64,000 nucleotides of DNA, from assembly GCA_965215885.1 (NCBI GenBank), contig CBDCEW010000082.1, forward strand, positions 24,728 through 88,727, read 5' to 3'. Each line of letters begins with the position of its first letter. The stretch's first letter is position 1. The position numbers and the translations under genes are program-made. The notes beneath the pieces were generated by a model. It saw only the letters and a list, made by a program, of their open reading frames with translations, was not told where the DNA came from and made no database searches. The stretch comes from Candidatus Moanibacter sp. (GTDB taxonomy: Bacteria; Verrucomicrobiota; Verrucomicrobiia; Opitutales; UBA2987). Positions 63,763 to 64,000 of this stretch are shown in pieces.

Positions 63763-63909
63763 TACTAAATTTTGAAAAATTTCTCAGGAATATTACGGTA
63801 AGTTATTTGTTGATTTATCATTAAAATTTTCCTATAAGTGCCGAATATTCTTGATATTACGCCTATATTGCGTTAGGCGCTTCGGGTTCACCGTAGATTT
63901 TTTGTCGCT

Positions 63910-64000
63910 ATGTCGGAAACGGATAAAGGGGATGCTCCTGAATCGGATACTATTATCCAGCGCTATTATGCCGCCAGGAGAAAGAGGGTTGCGGCCCGGA
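63910..64000 (+). CDS. Possible start of a divergent gene running off the window (MSETDKGDAPESDTIIQRYY..)
   Basis: ATG at 63910, frame open to the window end; too short to identify. Confidence 0.35.
   Translation, partial: MSETDKGDAPESDTIIQRYYAARRKRVAAR

Overview
Bacterial chromosomal segment, most likely Verrucomicrobiota (Opitutales-like). This is inferred from the PVC-type gene order (fusA directly followed by rpsJ; tuf-tRNA-Trp-secE), the [12 protein letters not shown] EF-Tu switch I and a stand-alone coaB. The right half (~32.5-63.7 kb, minus strand) is the core translation/transcription supercluster: tRNA-Thr, tuf, tRNA-Trp, secE-nusG-rplKAJL-rpoBC, rpsLG-fusA and the S10/spc/alpha operons. 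The left half holds beta-oxidation genes (fadJ-like gene frameshifted), thrS, cysS, a divergent transketolase, an NCS2 xanthine-type permease and a tail-less SSB. It also holds an apparently decaying surface-polysaccharide locus (wzc intact, OM barrel frameshifted, GT-C glycosyltransferase split by a 1.9-kb IS with a 6-bp TSD), a sigma54 two-component pair, coaB, gltA, hisDCB and guaA. The most interesting signals are non-coding: (i) a Thr-rich leader peptide with a mutually exclusive terminator/antiterminator upstream of thrS; (ii) a ~200-nt protein-free IS200/IS605-like element with a richly foldable interior (candidate orphan omega-RNA) next to a 92-bp tandem duplication; (iii) an L10-leader-like RNA placed between rplJ and rplL; (iv) a 183-nt rod-like RNA candidate (6S-like) after the SSB gene; (v) many MITE/REP-like elements sitting at YTAR sites and stop codons. 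All structures were paired by eye; no database searches or folding programs were run.
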